Of a stretch of 64,000 bases of DNA, positions 60,089 through 64,000 are shown in pieces. The stretch spans positions 1-64,000 of the forward strand of contig JAKLZA010000295.1 of the NCBI GenBank assembly GCA_030704615.1, written 5' to 3'. Every line of letters begins with the position of its first letter. Position 1 is the first letter of the stretch. The notes under the pieces are model-generated. The model worked only from the letters and a program-made list of their open reading frames with translations, was not told the DNA's origin and did no database searches. Origin of the DNA: Takakia lepidozioides. Its lineage: Eukaryota; Plantae; Bryophyta. A program made the translations under genes and the position numbers.

Positions 60089-63000
60089 CTAGTAATTGAC
60101 AGCCGCCTTAATAGCATCCAATATCTGCAAGAAACAAAACCAATAGAGAAACCTGATGAGAAGTGAAATGTGATTGCAATGCCATAAGAGAAATACAACG
60201 TTTTTAAGGACTATTGGAGTGGCTTGACATGCACAAGTATGCTCTATTGTGGCCAATGACCCTGAAAAAAGTAGAACCGACTCACTGGCATATGATGCAT
60301 CTTTGAGGTCGTAAGCCCAGATGCTACTAACGTTTCTGGAGTGGGCTGTTGACTTACTGGACAATGGATTTAGCCCCAAATTGCCAAGCGTGTGCAATGG
60401 TAATCAGGTTCCAGAGAACAGTTGATTATGTTTGACAATGTCATCACACTACAAAACATGATAATGATTCTGGTAGGGCCCCCACACACAGAGAGAGAAG
60501 GATACCTTATTCTTGTTTGGCATATAAAATGGCTCATACACCAAGGAAAGGGTGTGTCAAGGCCACAGACACGGGCAATTGGCGCTTCCAACTGCACAAA
60601 GTTCGCTGGTAAGAGAGAAATGGTCATCATACATATTAAAACGGCCTACTAAGTTCTTACATGGGAATCCATCAAGTTCACATTCCAGTCCCTACCTGCA
60701 GCTGGATCTATCTGTGCTGTTATCTATCTAAATTACAATTTCGGCACAAATTCTGTGTCTTTCAGCATCAAAAGATGAAACTATTATTCTACAATAAAAA
60801 CCATGCCTTCTCTGTGTTGTTCCAAACTGTCTACATTGGCTGCGTTGACGTTGTGGACAAAGCAGACAAAGCAAGGCATCCTTACTCGTAGGAAGCAGTG
60901 CTCAGCTATGGATGCTGCAATTTCTCCCCAAATCCTCCAGTGATGGGTGCCTCATGACTCACCTGTCACAATCCAAAATCACACTATGGGAAAACATCCG
61001 CACTGAGAGATGAAATTCCTCACAATGACAAACCCACCAATCACACCTTTTATCTGAATGCTGCAACAAGGTGACTTACCAAAAGCCGTCCTGTCTTGTT
61101 GACGGATGCTTCCACCAGTTCTCGATCCCAGGGAATAAGTGTGCGCAAATCAATTAGTTCACATGAAATGCCCTCCTGCACTTCACACAAGCCGTTTCTT
61201 GTCAGCTGAAGCATCAACTTGCTGTGTGTGAGGGCCAGGGCTTTAGGCTCAGCCTCAAGATTTTCAAAGTTGGTGAACAGAGGTGCGGGAACAATGATCT
61301 GGATGTTCCTGAAGAGGTTCACTCTCTGGTGAGAATTTCCTGGACGATCTATCAAAAAATGGATATTGTCTTCAGGCTGCCCGCACATCAGGCACCTTTT
61401 CCTCCCTGCATCTGTTTATTGTTCAAAAGGTAGGCTTCTTGCCCTGAGTTTCAGTTTAGTGCCGAGGGTAGGTACGCCCTTGAGATCATCCTTAAGGTCC
61501 TTGCCCAGACTGCAAACACGTTGAGGGAAGTTTTATGTCTAAGTTCATTTTCAAGTCCATGGGCATCTGACATGGCATTAGACACTGCAATTTCCAGGTC
61601 AGCTTCATCTAGCAGGGTCAATTCTTCTGGGCTAATATTCAGATACAAAAACTCCTCCTCTATCCTTTTCCGCCAGGATTTAGCCTGTTTAACAGGACAG
61701 CCAGGAAATAGAGTTGATTATCTTAGGGTATCTGGTATTAGACATGCTATTCGCCTGAGCCCACCAATCAGATTGTAGCTCAGATGATTTGTAGATCGAA
61801 CAGGTACTACCTTTGTGAGGGACTCACTCCGGTAGTGTGACTTACCTTGAGAGAGGGAGAGAATGTACTCATAAGCCTTGTGGCCATTGACCCCGCGCCC
61901 AGTTTGAGCGGAACACAAAGGGACAGAAACTACCTTTGTCAGGGGCTGATGCCGGTAGTATGACTTACCTTGAAACATGCAATTGATCCGAGTTTTCCAG
62001 ATATCCTCTAGAAATCCCTTCACCCAAACATCAATCTGCTGTGTGTGATTTGCCCAACTACTAGAATCCAGCCATGAGATTTTCAAAGTTGGTAAACAGA
62101 GGTACAGGAACAATTCCCTTGATGGAAATTGAAGAGGGTGTCTCCCTGGTGAGAGTACCCAGGACAATGAATCAGGAAGTGGATATTCTCCAGGTTGCCC
62201 ACACAATGGGCACTTACAATCCCCCTTATCTGTTTACAGAGTTTGAATTTCAGTCTAGTGCCGAGAGTGGGAGAGAGAGAGAGACAGAGAGAGCCAGGAT
62301 TTTTTTTTTTTTAGTGCATCCGCGGCACCAGAGAAAAGAAGAAAGACTTTTTACTGGATCCATGGGAGGGAAACCCCATAATTCCATGGAAAGTCCAGAG
62401 AGCTACTCAGAAGTTGTTTTCCAAGAGACATTGTGGATAGATTCTGAGTACCTTGCTTGCATCAGTGCAAGCCTGTTCCATAATGATAAGTTGTGCACCC
62501 CATCCCACCAGTGTGATGTCACTTCCCTGTCTCATGACCTGCAGTGTTATCCCATAAGCGAGAGACCGGTTATAAAAAAAAGAGAGAGTAAGGAAATAGG
62601 AACATGAAAGCAAGAAATTTAGAGACAGGGAGACAGAGAGAAAGTCCTGAAAGAAACAGTACATTCTGTACACATCCAGTGCATTCCAGAGGTTATGCTG
62701 TACACCAAGGGCATCACTCCAGGTCCATCTGGGTGACTAACTGCACATTGCTGTCAGAAGTGTCTTCGCAAAATGGGCCCTGACAAATCAGCTGTTATTT
62801 CCTGTTCTTAGTCCCTTATCCAAGATCCAATTGAAGATCCATATGAAAGACCTGACAATTGGATCAGGGCTTAGAAGTCTCATCTAGTAAGTCTGTTTAA
62901 TGAAGTGATCAGAGACTATTGGTCAGACCAGATAAAAGCAATGTTCGTCATACTGCAGCAAACAGTTGAACTATGTGTAAAACACCTCACCTCAGCCCTT

Positions 63001-63298
63001 GAAAGGGGTAGAGTGTAGTCATCGTCAGGCACCTCCTCCACTGCCAACCGATACAGCCACTGTCCTCTTACCATACAATTGCCATCACACACTGTTAATG
63101 ATGATAACATGAGTTGTTGATGTAGCCTGAACTGAATATCTGCAACTAGTAACTCACTGAAGCCCGGACTGAACGTCAAATGTCAAACAGGAGGGGTGGG
63201 GCCCGTACCTTTGGCTCAAAGAATATGACTGGGTTAGGGTCTCGAATCGAAGCAAGCAGGAGGCCTTTTGCTTGCAAGGGACTCCTTGGAATCACCAC
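60089..63298 (-). CDS. BCKDHB: 2-oxoisovalerate (branched-chain ketoacid) dehydrogenase E1 beta, last 7 exons: 63298-63209, 63059-62991, 62538-62452, 61175-61080, 60962-60886, 60591-60506, 60124-60089
   Basis: [105 protein letters not shown]; all introns GT-AG; two 1-bp deletions. Confidence 0.95.
61210..62270 (-). mobile_element. Two 3' fragments of the same LINE family in a BCKDHB intron
   Basis: [11 protein letters not shown] motif and family 3' end adjoining GAGAGGGAGA at ~61850-61875. Confidence 0.85.
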
Positions 63299-63447
63299 CT
63301 GCCTCCCCACAAAACCAGTCATCAAGTATCAGATTTCTGACAGGACAGCTTGCATTTCATGAGACTAAGTTTCATAGCTCAAAGTCATAACAAATGGGCA
63401 GCTCCTGGCCATAATCTGAACGACCAGAATTCCACCTGGAGAGTCAA

Positions 63448-64000
63448 TGTTGAAGGAATACATCTATAATTCTCTGTCAGTGTATAGTGTAGGATGTACT
63501 AGATTATAGATTAAGGATGTGCAGTTACATCCAAGTCTTACATCTGAAGTGGTTAGGTGGTTGAAGTCACCAAGGAGTGTGGAACGGTACAGAGCTCAAC
63601 AGTTGAGTAGATGTAGAACCACCAGACTCAGCCGAGACACAAAGAGTGTAGATCTCTCTTGTGAACACTTTCTCTCTTGATGTAAGATCTATTTAATCTA
63701 GTTCTATGTTTTACACGATTATGTGTGTGATTGACTCTGGATAGAATAGATGTTTTCACATGGTATCAGAGCCATGGTTGTGGCTCAAGAGAGAGTGTCA
63801 CTAATGAGAACAAACTAATAATTTCGAGACACACAATGAAATTAAAAGGAGTCGATAGAGTTTGGAGGAAAGAACTCACAATTCCACGATGTATCAGCGT
63901 GGAAGAATTTTGTTTCTTATAGAAGAACACAAGTTCTAACATGGCCTGAATTCTGTGATGTTCATGCTTTCTTGGAAAGTGATAATTGATTGAGAGACTG
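63448..64000 (+). mobile_element. 5' LTR (63448-63760) and tRNA-iMet PBS of an LTR retrotransposon running off the window
   Basis: TG...CA followed directly by TGGTATCAGAGC (63761-63772). Confidence 0.8.

Overview
Eukaryotic, intron-rich, TE-dense DNA, most likely from a streptophyte plant (bryophyte-grade or charophyte; inferred from plant-type exon structure, not proven). In order: (1) ~1.2-10.5 kb, a Ty3/Gypsy LTR retrotransposon whose polyprotein reads gag - protease - C5 cytosine DNA methyltransferase (DNMT3-like) - RT - RNase H - integrase - PHD finger, with an extra ORF upstream of gag; (2) ~10.5-27 kb, a DNA-transposon complex built on arrays of a palindromic CGGCGCCG motif, with two tail-to-tail paralogous Mutator-like transposases (GCM-like Zn domain, DDE, SWIM), a small orphan gene and a spliced ParB/sulfiredoxin-like (DGNHR) gene; (3) ~27-34 kb, a second LTR family (two inverted LTR copies) with a long orphan coiled-coil ORF before its 3' LTR; (4) 35.7-51.2 kb, a host P-loop uridine/pantothenate-kinase-like gene with a 12-kb intron packed with same-strand nested LINEs; (5) a tRNA-derived SINE, a CRE-like non-LTR element, a hAT-type MITE and a gag remnant; (6) the 3' half of the branched-chain ketoacid dehydrogenase E1-beta gene and a 5' LTR with a tRNA-iMet PBS. 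Both host genes carry several 1-bp deletions in base runs, so many frameshifts in the window may be assembly errors. Top candidates for a new system are the DNMT+PHD Gypsy and the CGGCGCCG-array MULE with ParB-like cargo. All domain calls come from motif reading; no searches were run.
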